From Lama guanicoe (taxonomy: Eukaryota): DNA of 64,000 bases. The stretch covers positions 29,001,138 through 29,065,137 of the forward strand of contig MU054925.1 in the NCBI GenBank assembly GCA_013239625.1, written 5' to 3'. Below are positions 52,531 to 64,000 of the stretch, one piece after another. Position 1 is the stretch's first letter, and every line of letters begins with the position of its first letter. The position numbers were made by a program, and so were the translations under genes. The notes beneath the pieces are model-generated. The model was not told the origin of the DNA, did not search any database, and was given only the letters and a program-made list of their open reading frames with translations.

Positions 52531-53970
52531 GAGAGGAAGGAAAGAAAAAATGCAGGAAGGAAGGGAGGAAAGGAGAGAGGATGTATGCATGGAGTGAAAA
52601 GATCGATTTCCTTTGCTTTATAAGGTTCTACCCCAAGTGGGAAGCTAGGGCCTTCATGATCTCCAGAGGGCAAGGAATGACTTTCTGTCAATTCCAGCTT
52701 TTCTAGGAACTTATGTGACAAATGCCATGTAGGCCCTTTCTCAATCTGATTCCTCATTTATACAGTGGGGATAACAACATTCCCCTGTAGAACTGTCGTA
52801 TTAGAAGACATGATGTATGTGAAAGTGCTGAGACCCAAACAGGACCCAAACAGATGACCTTGAGCCCAGCCATACTCCCAGATATAGCCAAATTCTCCAA
52901 GGCTCTCTGTGTTACAGTCTTCTCTTCATTGGCCGTCAGATTTGGGCATGGACATATCCCTAGAATGGAACATGGAGACTCAAGTTCCTTTTGAAGCACA
53001 CAGTCTTTGAGAGCTCCCCTAGGTAATGTCCTGGGAAGCTTAACTCAGCTACACCTGGATCTAGCCATACCTGAAGATTGCTTAGAGCAGGAACCTCAGC
53101 AAAATGCTCATGGCTCATCTGTTTGGACATTTTTTGGGTAAAGTTTGGAGGTTATCCAAGATTTAGCCCGGTTTGGTGGGTCAGAGGTGGATGACCCCAG
53201 TATGAGTCCACTGTCTCCTACAGGCCTAGACTCTGGGCAGTTCTTCCCTTGCATGTGACTTGAATCAGTTTTCCTAGTGGGTGGGGAGACCCCTTAGCTG
53301 CCCTAGGCACCAAGTGAAGTCCAGGACAAGTCCTGAGAAGCTCTAGGACCCACCCTGGACCCTGATGTTGCTCACAGGGATATTGGTCCACCCTGGACTC
53401 AGCACTGGAGGAAGGGCTATGTCTCAAGTAGGAGGCTTCCTCAATTCTAGGCCTCCTGCTTCTGCTCCCTGCCCTCTCTACTGTCCTTTCCTCACAGTTG
53501 GGGCCATGTAGGCCCCCTACAGGCTCTAGGCTTTGGGCTCAGTGGGCCCCTATCTGGGAGGGGAGTCAAAGATCCCAGGCCTCCAGCTCAGAGGGCTCTT
53601 GCCTTCTGGGCAAACAGACCCCAACTCTTGTCCCTGGCACAGAGCTCCCTCCCACAGCCCTGTTCTTTCAGGGCTAAGACTCTGCCAAGGTCTTGCCAGA
53701 GACCCTACTCTGACCTGGGCCCTAGGCTCGGTCCATGCTTTCTCGTTAGTCCTTCTCAAGTCCGTCCCCTTCTCTCCATCTCTACTTCCATCATCAAGGC
53801 TCACCTGGGCCATCGCACTAGCCTCCTCATTGATTTCCCTGCTAACGTCTTGCTCCTAAAACCTGTTTGTCACACAGCAGCAGGCTGACATTCCTAAAAC
53901 ATAACCTGGATCACATAATTTCCCTGTTTAAAACCTTCAATGGCTTCCAGTACACTTAGAACTGAGTCTA

Positions 53971-54196
53971 AGGGATAAATTGGGAGTTTGGGATTTGCAA
54001 TACTAATCACTATAATATAAGACAGATAAACAACAAAGTCCTACTGTATAGAATTTATTCAATATCTTGTAATAGCCTATAATGAAAAAGAATATGAAAA
54101 GGAATATATATATATAGGTATAACTGCATCACTAAGCTGTACACCAGAAATTAACATTGTAAACCAACCGTACTTCAATAAAATTTTTTAAAAAAT
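53971..54196 (+). mobile_element. Cetartiodactyl-type L1 3' end, 5'-truncated, with degenerate TSD
   Basis: gggataaattgggagtttggga..aacaacaaagtcctactgtatag..gctgtacaccagaaattaac..tacttcaataaa plus A-rich tail; TSD gaactgagtcta/gaacaaagtcca. Confidence 0.85.
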
Positions 54197-54334
54197 GAAC
54201 AAAGTCCAAAATCCGGGGTCTACAAGGCTGGGCCCAGGTCTTCTGGTTCTGCCAGCCCTCCCACTTCCTCTCCCACCGCTTTATCTTCCACACGCTCCCC
54301 TCAGTCCGTCCCACTTGCGATGTCTGGACCTTAC

Positions 54335-54567
54335 AACAGAGCATCTCTTTATGTTGCAGTTACAGATGTCCAGGGCATCTGCCTGGGGCTGCTGGGACCT
54401 TCCTGAGAATGAACGTAACACAGACGCAAGCAAAGCTGAGGAATGAAGAAACTCATTTGAGCACCAGGATACAGCCACACCTGAAGCCAACATATCTCTT
54501 TTTTTCTTAAGCTAACTTAGTTGACGTCTATATTACTTGCTTCTGAAAGTAACCCCAGTTAATTCAA
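54335..54567 (+). mobile_element. MaLR LTR fragment (MLT1J/K-like)
   Basis: tttgagcaccaggatacagccacacctgaagcc..cttaagcta..ttacttgc..gaaag. Confidence 0.5.
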
Positions 54568-54932
54568 CTGGCCAACCTTCCTCACCCCACCCCACCTCCT
54601 TTTCTGTTCCTCCGACATGTCAGCACACTCTCGCCTCAGGGCTTTGCCTACGCTGTTCCCTCTGCCTCGAGTGCTCTTTCCCCAGCTGTCTATATGTCTC
54701 ACTTCCTAACCTCTTCAGGTTCCTGCTCAAATGTCTCCTCCTTAGAGAAGCCTGCTCTGCCCACCTCATCAAAAAAAGCCCCCCAAAACAAAATGTCTCA
54801 TCATCATCCCCTACCCCCTTTCTCTGGGTTATTTTTTAAAATAACACTTTCAACCACCATGAACGTTGTACGTTTACTTATTGTCTGTCTCCCTCCGTTA
54901 AACTTTAAACTCCACGAGGATAGGGATTGTAT

Positions 54933-55040
54933 TAGGATGACCAGCTACTCGGATTTGCTTGAGACTGGGGGATGGGATGTGGGACTTTGATGACTAAAAC
55001 CGGAATGCCCTGGGTCAGCCAGGGCAACGTGACCACCCTG
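54933..55040. mobile_element. MER81-like hAT-Blackjack MITE
   Basis: taggatgacca...tgggacttt..ctaaaaccgg..gaccaccctg, with degenerate TAGGGTGACC terminal repeats, about 110 bp. Confidence 0.7.
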
Positions 55041-58000
55041 GACTGCCTTGTTTGTTTACTGTCAAACCTCACTGCCCAGACCAGCGCTGGCATGTGGGAG
55101 GTGTTCAATACACAGCTGAGCAGGTAGACGGGTGCCGGCCCTGGGCCAGGCGGTGCCACGCAGCATCTGTGCACACTGCTTCCTGTTGTCCTCGTGGCCA
55201 GCCCTGGGAGCTGGGCTCTTTTATCCCTAGTTTACAGGTCAGGAGCTTGAGGTGGGGGCAGCGTGTCCAGGCCACACAGCTGGTAGGGCAGGACTGGAAT
55301 CCCGCTCAGCTGGGCTCAAGGAATCAAGCCCTTAATCAAGCCTCTGCGTGCCTCCCAGTTATAGCCTGCTCTGCTCACACCAACTCACCCTCAGCCTCTG
55401 TCACCTAAACAGCCACATCCAGGCCCAGAGCAGCTCGCCCTCCACCTCGCCCCACTCAGGTGGGTGAGAACTCATCCAAGGGCGGCTTGTTCTTGGCCAG
55501 GTTGGTGGTGAAAGAGAGGGAGAGCCGGCAGCTCAGGGGCTAGAACCCCACAGTGTGGTGGCCGGGGGTCCTGAATGGTGCACCCCCAGGGCTCCGGGTA
55601 TCCCTGGGGGCTTGTCAATCACAGCTGCCTGCTCAGCTGGGCCTCACCCCGGTCACTGAGCTGGAGAAAGCCTGTTTCCTGCCCACTCACAGGGGCCTAG
55701 ACGAAAACACCCTTCTCACCGCAGTTAAGGGAAAGACCTCTCTCTGCCATCCCAGACCTGCTGCTCCCCCTGCCACCCCCACCTGCCATCAGAACCACGG
55801 GAACAAAAGAGGAGGCGGTGCTTCCCTGGGCCAATTTACCTCTTGTCTGATCCCTATAAACAACCTTGCGACAGCTGCTCGTTCTTATGCCCATTTCACG
55901 GACGAGGAAACTGAAGCCCAGAGAGGTGAACACCTTCACCCATGCCACACAGCTCATAAGGGGGATTCTCGGAGATGAAGTCAGGGCTGGTCCCAGCCTC
56001 ACTGTTGTCTATTCTACCTCTTCTTGCTGGTGAGGGAGATGATGGAGATGATGCTCCAAATCTCCACTGTTCACTGAGCCAGGCACTTCCCACTCATTAG
56101 TTCTCATTTCAGCCTATGATTGTGTGCATTTTTCAGGAAGTTGGACTGCACAGGAGTGAAGGGGTTGACCAAGGTCACATGGCCTGGATGATTCCTACCG
56201 GAGCCTGTCTTGCCAATATGCTTCCCTCCTCCTTGCCTTCCCCCCGTCCACCTACCCACGCACACATCTAACAGCCAATCAACATTCACTGAGTGACGAT
56301 GATGTACCGACATCACCCCAGCACCGAGCAGGAGGAAGTCCTGGGCTGCAGCGGCTGTCCTGGCTCCTGGCCCAGAGCAGCTGGAAATCCCTTCCTGAGA
56401 GGCTGCCCGGATTCCAAACCAGGATCCCCTGGGTCCTATCAGTGATCTACTTGGGAGTCTCTCGCTGGGGAATTGTCCTCTGCAGGTTTCATTCTGAGAT
56501 CTCAGCTGCTCTCCCCCTGCTTGGCCACCAAGGAGCTGTTTTTCATAACAAAGTGGAGCAGGAGAAGGGCCATGGGAGGTTTTAATAATTTCCTCGTTGG
56601 AAATTTCCATGGTGGTGGAAAAGACCTGCTGGCCACCCTCCAAACACCTCCCTGAAAAAAACTTCCAAAATCAAACTGCTGGACTGGGTCACTGCAGTCC
56701 CAGCAGACACTGGAGCTGCCCACAGAAGGGCTGGGGGCCAGTGCATGGGCATCAGCCCCCGGCACAGAGTTGGGTGCCAGAGGCCCAGGGATCAAGGAAA
56801 ATGGGGAGCTTTTCCTGTCTTGGAGGGAAGTGTGGAAGAACAAAGCAGTTGCTCCCCTAGGAGCAAGTCAAAAGCCCTGAGTCCATTTTCTCTGCCACCC
56901 ATTTGCTATGTGACCTTGAGCAGTTACTAGACCTCTCTGAGCCCAGCTCACCCCGTGTGAAAGGAAGTCTGAAGCATAGGTGATGTGTGCGGGCTCTGAC
57001 TTTGGGTCTCCTGAATTCTGGGGACTGAGGACAGGAAGGGTGCATAGAAACTGAGCCCTGGGAACTCTTGAGGATGTTAAAGGGCCTGGGAGGGAGAAAA
57101 GGACCTGCAGGTCCTGGAGGGTGCGAGCTCACAGGTGAACTAACAGGCAGCCTCCTCACTGCCCAGCCACAATCTACCTCTCCCATGGGCACACAGCTTC
57201 CCCAGTAGCCTTCTGTGGAGGGGTCTGCATAAAAGTGACAATCGTGGGAATGCCCTGTCCTCAGCATCTCGCCTGCCATCACCTCCAAAGCCATCTCGCC
57301 ATTGCCAGCTCAGGGAGTCTCTGTGGCCTTCTGAACTCTCCACACCCATTGGCTGCAGCCAGTCCCCTCTCCTGCCTCAGAGACTCCTTACTGCTGTGCC
57401 CAGGCTGCCCCACTCCCAGCTCTTCCTTCACTCACCCTCCAGACTAGTCTTTGCTCATTACAGCTCTGACCCTGTCCTGCCAAGTGCCCCCAAAGCCCTA
57501 ACTCCCGGCAGAACTGGGGGCAGTAACCCAAAGCATCACCTCTCTCCTCACCTCTCCTCCCGAAGCAGGAAACCCCCTTACACATCAAGGCCCACCATGG
57601 AGCCCAGCCTTTCCTCCCAGGCAAGTGTGCACACACACATGACCAAAATAAATCCTCAGATGATACCAAAGAACGAAAACCCCAAACAAGAAAACCTTGT
57701 GCCAGAAGGAGAATGCTGGGGTCACCAGGGCTCCCAGGCCAGTCATAAGCTCTTGCTTGGCTTACTTGAGGTTTCCCCACTGGGGCTGCAGAAAGTCAAG
57801 CTCTCTGAAAGGGCAGAGGGCAACCCATCACGCCCCAGGATGAAGCTGGTGGGCCCCCGAGCGCCAAGAGTAACCTGCGTCCTGTCTCTGGTTCTGTGCC
57901 CCATGGAGGACGAAAATGTGTCCTGTGGGCAGAGACTGTCTGATTCATTCTCACTGGGTCCCCAGTGGCCTCAGTTCACAGTAAGTGCTCATGGAACACT

Positions 58001-58261
58001 TGGTAATGAATAAGCGAATGAGGGTAAGGGTTTGGACAGCAGGAAACAGAAAGCATGGGCCATCAGTGTCCACAGAGGTTACCAGCTTGGGACACGGTGC
58101 TAGTCACTGCCCAGTGCCGCCAGCTGACAGCGCCTCCAACAATACTCAAATCTGTCTTGCCCATGCTCAAGAACCTGCAGTGGTTCCCACTGTCTATGAA
58201 AAAGTTTGGATTTCTTAGGCTGGCATTCAGAACTTGCCTACTCTCCTCTCTCCCTGCCTCC

Positions 58262-58435
58262 CTGTATCCATCCATTCATCATCCCCCCTACTCTACCCAC
58301 GCATCTATCCATCTGCCTTCCCATCCATCCATCCCTCTCTCTGTTCCTCCAACCACCCACCCACCAATCTCCTCCTTCCCTCTCTCCATTTCTCTGCCCA
58401 TCCATCCATCCACCATTCATCTTTTCTTCCATCAT
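58262..58435. repeat. Degenerate (TCCA)n low-complexity repeat
   Basis: Many ccat/tcca units. Confidence 0.75.
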
Positions 58436-58499
58436 TTACTGAGTGTTACCAGGTTCTAGACAATATGCTAGGTGCTGGGGTCAACCCAGATGTTTAATT

Positions 58500-59270
58500 C
58501 TATAATAAAATTATCTCACCACATATCTGTCTACAAATCCTGTCTGCTCTACCTTCAAAACATACCCAAAATGTGATCACTTCTGACTACAGCCACGGTC
58601 CCAACCCTGGGCCAAGCCGCTGTCTTCTCTCCCCATGCTCAGTGGGGCAGCCTCTTCCCTGGTCTCCCTGCCTCTCACCTCATCCCCCCACCCCCAACAC
58701 AATCTGTTCTCCATACACAGCCAGAGACGAATCAAGTCCTCTTCTGTTCAGAACCCTCCTGTGGTTCCTGTCACTCTTTGAGGAAAAGCTCAAGTCCCTG
58801 TAATGGCCCACGAGGCCCTAGATGATCTGTACCCACCCCCCACACCATCCCATTACCTCTCCGACCTCATCCCTTCCCCTCCTCCTTGCTCACTCCGCTC
58901 CACCCCACTAGCTTCTTCACTGTCTGTTGAACCCGTTGAGCACGCAGCCACCTCAGGGCCTTTGTATTGGCTGCTTGCTCTTCCCTAGGCAGCCTCAGGG
59001 ATCCCTTGGGTCTCTGCCCAAATGGCACATTCTCAGTTAGGCCTCCCCTGACCCCCAACTTGAAGCAACCCTCTTCATCGTCCTTCCTCTGCCTTATTTT
59101 TCTCCATCCATGGACCACTCCCTGACATGTCACCCACTTGCATCTTTGTTTACTGTCTGCCTCCACTCCCTTGAATGCAAACCACGAGGCAGCCAGCAGG
59201 TCCGTTGTGTTCAGCGTGGTATCCCCAGTGCCTGGTGCACAGTAGGCCCTCCACTGACGTCTGTGGACTG
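58500..59270 (+). mobile_element. L2 LINE fragment
   Basis: caaatcctgtc.gctctaccttcaaaa, ctgttcagaaccctcc, gccacctcagggcctttg, atccccagtgcctggtgcacagtagg. Confidence 0.75.
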
Positions 59271-61130
59271 AATGCCCTCACCTCTAGGTATGGGTAGTCA
59301 TTTCCACTTTATGAAGGATTTTCACCTGCGTTTTGTCAGTGGTCTGTCGTCATCCAATGACTATGTCTGTTTGTAATCACCCCTCTGGACTCTCATCAAA
59401 CAGATTCCTAGGTTCTCCCCAACTGCTTCCCTCTCACCATCTCCACCCCTTTCTAAACGGCCCCAATGACCCCAACATCAGCGAGGACTCACTGTGGCCG
59501 GCCCCTGGCTGCCCCCATCAATCCCAAAGCCCCATTGGCTCAGCCTGTCCCCCTGCCCTGAGAACCTACCCCCCGCTCTGCCTTTATTCACCAGGAGGCC
59601 TGTCCACCTCCTCCTCAGGGGTCTCCAGCCTCGTCTCTCCAACGCATTATCCTCTCTAGTGCCACAGATTCTTCCAAATGGCCCAGTCTGGTCATATCAC
59701 TCGCCAGCTTAAACCGTTCAGCCCACTGCCCTTGGCTTGGCCCTGCTACCTCTCCACTGCGTGCTCACCACCCCTGCCTGGCGCCTTCTGCTCCGGCTGC
59801 TGCTGGTGGCCTCCGCCTGCTTAGGCTGTGCCTTTGCCTGGGGCACCCTTCCCACCTCCTACCTTCCTTCCAGCTGGCTCTTATTTATCCTTCCACTTGG
59901 CTGCGGCCGCGTGAGGCCCTCTGGGTTGTTTCCTGACAGTTTCAACGATGGGCGGCCTCCTCTGGGCCCTGTATCCTTGCGGCTTCCCCTAGCCGGGCTG
60001 TTAGCACATGGGTTTGCAATGACTGGTGTCCCTGCTAGATCAGGCACTCCAGGACCGCAAGGCCATTGTCGTCACGGTTCAGCTGGGGGTTCTGGGGCCA
60101 GCCTGCTGGCTGTGTGCCCTCGGACAGTCCTTGCACATTGCAGAGTCTTACTCCCTCATCTGTAAAATGGGGATAACTGCCAGAGGGACATTGTATTAAA
60201 TAAGTTCCACAAAGCACTTAGAGCACTGTCTAAATACGTGTTAGTTGCTGGCATCCGGATGGAGAAACTGGCGCAGGGAAGGAGCCAAGGGTCTCTGGCC
60301 CGTAGGTGCATCTGGTCACCGCAGGCCTCCTGGTGCTGGACCTGCCATTAGTGCGGGCTGGGCTGGGGGGTGGGTGGATCATCCCGGCCTCTCTGTGGCT
60401 TTCTCCTCACTAAGAAGCCTCTACTTGTTTCGGTTGATTTTTTAAAAATGTGTCTTATTTGCTTTGGGGGTGAGAGAAGCATCTTTTCAGGTTTGCAGTT
60501 AATGCTCTTCGTTTTTTTCTTTTGACCTTTGTGCCTGTTTTCTGACTTCACCTCCCGTCCCTGTTTGCATGTGGCTTTTTTTAGCTGACCTTTTGCCTCC
60601 AACCTTCTTATCTGAACTCCCTGACTCTCCTCTGGGTCTCAGAGCTACACGGTTGCGGTGAGGGTGCTGCTAATCCATGCCATCCACATTTCGGGGGAAG
60701 TGGGGGGAGCCCCAGCCCTGGGCACGTACTCAGCGCCAGCCTGTGCTGGGCACTGCATGTGTACTGGCACGTTAAAGCACTAATGGGGGCCCAGAGAGGG
60801 CACACCACAGCTGGTAAATGGCACAGCTGGCAGCTCCTAAGCCCTTGTTATCTGCACTAGGCTCGGTGCCTCTCAAAGACTGCCGAGCCACCAGGATGGC
60901 CTGAGTACCCTAAGGGACATAATAAAGCCACGGGTATGGATAAAATGATTTCAAAGGAAAGAAACAAAATCCTTCTGCACTTACATCTACCAGTAAGTGA
61001 AAAATGCCAGCAAGGAAGAGAAAGAGCAAATTGCCAGATTTCGTTAAACCAAAGTCAAATTGTAAGTTGCCCCACAATTTTACATACCACGAAGAAAGAA
61101 AAAGCGCTTCCAATAAAAAACTATAACATG

Positions 61131-61213
61131 ATTCAGGTTTTTCCCCCCCAGATTATGCTGTATGCCTGAAACTAACACAACACGGAAACTCAAGCGCACT
61201 TAACAACAACAAC
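61131..61213 (+). mobile_element. Very short L1 3'-end insertion with 14-bp TSD
   Basis: tgctgtatgcctgaaactaacacaaca.. with a (CAA)n tail, flanked by aaaactataacatg (61117-61130) and aaaactacaacatg (61214-61227). Confidence 0.65.
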
Positions 61214-62149
61214 AAAACTACAACATGCTGTCAGTGCAACACGCATCCCTTCCCCAGGGCTGTGACAACAGGGCAAAACGTGCATCCCAGAATCTACCAC
61301 ACAGGGTGTCAACAGTGGTTATATCAGGTAAACGTGGGATGTAGAAAGAGGGAAATTAGTCGTCTTGCTATAGAACCTTCTATATCATTCTATCTGTTTC
61401 AATAAGCATGGCTATATTTTTGTAACTCAAATGACTGCAGTTTAAAAAAAGGAAATAGGCTTGCCAAGCAGTTGCCGCCTGGTTCCTCTTCTGGCCATCT
61501 CATGGGTTAGGGACATAGTAATTGGCAGCTCCGTGTGCCCTGCTGGGAACAAGGCTGCGGAGTCTATGTATTGGGAGGGGGACAGGTAAGCATTAGGCAC
61601 GCATATTCCAAAGCTCAGTCCAGGCGGGTCTAATAAGCAGAAATTTCCCATTATTGAGGCCTGGCCCCCAAACCCATCATTAACAGCTCTTCAAGCTTGA
61701 AAGTAGACAATGGAGGCACAAATAATGCCACAAAGCCCCACTGTCCAGAGAACGGGACAGTGAGGGCTCTTCCTCTCTCACCATCCTCTGCTGTGCATCT
61801 TCCTCAGCTGTTTCTGCCCTGCACCATTGCTCCTACCTGGCGGCAGACCATTTTCAGACCCAGCTGTCTGTTTACTACCCTCTCTCCAGATAGAATGTAA
61901 GCGGCAGGAGACTATGGATTGCATCTGTTTCATGTAAGGCCGCATCCCTCGCCCACTTCTCCCTTTCTCCCTGCTTCCTGGGATGCCTACTAAAGGCAGG
62001 TGGGCTGAGCATGAGGTTCCTGGGAATCCCCCACAAAAGTTTCTCCCTGTCTTGTAGATACAGGGTCACGTGTGACGCTGAGGGAGGACACTGCTTTCCA
62101 TTTCACAGCCGCACAGAACAGAAACCCTCCCCCTGTCCTCGGCCCTTGA

Positions 62150-62690
62150 ATATAACAGTGAATGGGACAGATATGCTTCCCTGTCCTCGAGGAGCTGGTT
62201 GTCTAGAAGGGGAGACAGACAACAAACAGGAGAATAAATACTGAAAGAATGTTAATTGTGATAAATGCTATTAAAAAGCAAGCACTGTGACAGGGAAAAC
62301 GCTTTAAAATAGATCAGGGAGGGCTTCAGTGGGGATCTATGAGAAGGAACCTATACTATAAAGAGAAGGGGAAGAAGCAGTCTAGATGGGGAAACAGCAT
62401 GTGCAAAGGCCCTGAGGCAGGAAAGAGGCTGATGAGTTTCATGAATGGAAAGAAGACAAGTGATTAGAGGAGATGAGTAAAGGAGAGAGAGTTCTGATGA
62501 GGCACTTATAGACCACGGAAGGAGTCTGGGTTTTATCCTGTGCAGCATGCGGGATAAAACCTGTAGAGTTTTAATCAAAGAGCAGCATGATCTGATTTAT
62601 ACTGTTAGAAGGATCCACCTGGTCACTTTGGGAGAACAGATGATTTGTGGGGAACAAGAGAGGATATGGGGGACCAGTAAGAAAGGCCAT
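62150..62690 (-). mobile_element. L2 LINE fragment
   Basis: tgtcctcgaggagct..ggggagacagacaa, gggaaacagcatgtgcaaaggccctgaggcagga, aggagtctgggttttatcct. Confidence 0.7.
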
Positions 62691-63329
62691 CCTTTCACTT
62701 ATTCAACGTGTGTTTATTCAACCATGTTCTAAGGAAACCTCTGAAAAACACAAAAATGAAAACAAATGAGACTTATCAGCTGGGGCATGACTCCAGAGGT
62801 CTAGGGTTTGCCACCTGGGAACTTACAATAAAGGGAGAGGCAGGAAGTCTTCCTGCAGAAGGAGGCCCTCAGGTGGGGTTTGAAGGGTGGCTGAAGGGTG
62901 TTGGGGGATGGGCCCAGCTTGGGCGAAGGCTCAGAGTCGGGGGAAAGGGTCAGTGTGAACAGTGTGAACTCCGATTTGTACTGAATGACTAGATTCCTGA
63001 CAACTGAGTAGAGGAAATAACTAACTGATGAGGAAGAAGTGGCATGAAGATGAAGCCGGAGGAAGATGCTGGAAGGGTAGGTGGGGTGGGGGACAAATCA
63101 CGCAAGTACTGAATGGGGCCCAAGGAGCCTGAGCTCCGTCTGCTTGGCAATGTGGAGCTCTGAAGGCCTTGACCAAAGAGTGGCCGGCCAGACGGACATT
63201 CTGAGAAGGTCCCCCTGGCAGTCATGGGGGGCCACGGAAGAGGCTGGGCCAAAACTCAGCGAGAGAGGGTGAAGGGTAGGGCCTGGCTCCCCCTCGCATT
63301 CTGATTCTATGCTTAAGAATAATGAATAG

Positions 63330-63575
63330 CTGGTACTTTATAGAGCTTCCTAAGTGTTTGGCACCATGCTAAGCGTTTTACACCTATTCACTCATTTAAT
63401 CAGTATAAGAACTGTATGAAGTTGGTAGTATGATTTACTCCCATTTTACAGGTTAGGTGACTGGGGCACAGAGAGGTTAAGTCACTTGCTCAGGGTCACA
63501 CAGCTAGGAAGCACTGGGGCTGGGAATCAAGCCTAGGTTCTCGGACTCTGGGGTCCTCTCTTAACCACTGCCCTT
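63330..63575 (-). mobile_element. MIR SINE (near full length)
   Basis: ggcaccatgctaagcgtttta..ctcatttaatc..cccattttacag..gcacagagaggttaagtcacttgctcagggtcacacagcta..cttaaccact. Confidence 0.85.
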
Positions 63576-64000
63576 AGCTGTCTCCTTCATCTAGGACCCC
63601 GCAATCCTACATTCTGGGATTTGGGTTCCCTGGCAGAGGAAACCCTCTCTGGACAGTGCTCCTGGCTGTCTTTTGAGGCCTCAAGAATACACCAACAAGC
63701 CCCTCAAAGCATGTGAACTGAGAGTGAGCTCCCACTTACGGCTGTATTGCTGACCCACGTGACCAGGCACAAGTCCCTGGACCTCTCTGAGGGACCCTGT
63801 CCCCACCTGAAACGTAAGGATGAGAATGTCTTCTCCACAGGACATGCAGGAGAACTGAGCCGCTAGCCAGGGTGATAACCATGTTAGCTCTTAGGCATCA
63901 GACGGGGGTGCACAGAGCTTCTGACTCATGTCTTGTGTGATCTCCACAACGGCCCCATTTTAGGGGCGAGAAAACTGAGACTCAGAGAAGAACAACAACT

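Larger units (their letters stand above)
53760..55120 (+). mobile_element. L2 fragment carrying nested L1, MaLR LTR and MER81-like insertions
   Basis: L2 motifs aaaaccttcaatggcttcc, ctcagggctttgc..gctgttccctctgcc, gctcaaatgtc and gtgttcaata are collinear around the inserts. Confidence 0.65.

Overview
This is mammalian genomic DNA, most likely a camelid: it carries a tRNA-Ala-derived Vic-1-type SINE and cetartiodactyl-type L1 3' ends, and I saw no Alu, B1, Bov-tA or PRE-1 elements. The window lies inside ATP2B2 (PMCA2, plasma-membrane Ca2+ ATPase 2) on the minus strand. Only one exon is securely recognisable, the first coding exon (25728->25224: 306 nt of 5'UTR plus 199 coding nt, [10 protein letters not shown]...KTSSVE|G). 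The rest is flanking intronic/upstream sequence rich in ancient MIR and L2 repeats, L1, MaLR/ERVL LTRs and hAT MITEs, with a 144-nt N gap. Almost all other ORFs in the track look spurious. I found no new gene family or novel genetic system. The best signals are regulatory: (1) a stacked uORF architecture in the 5'UTR, including an out-of-frame uORF overlapping the main AUG; (2) a near-perfect REST/RE1 site plus a CTCF core 0.8-1.4 kb upstream of the exon; (3) a candidate alternative promoter/first exon at about 45-46 kb (TATA/MEF2, X-box, splice donor) beside a STAT5-motif cluster; (4) an apparent Pro64->Ser change in a motif conserved among PMCAs. Repeat family names and human comparisons come from my recollection of consensus sequences, not from searches.
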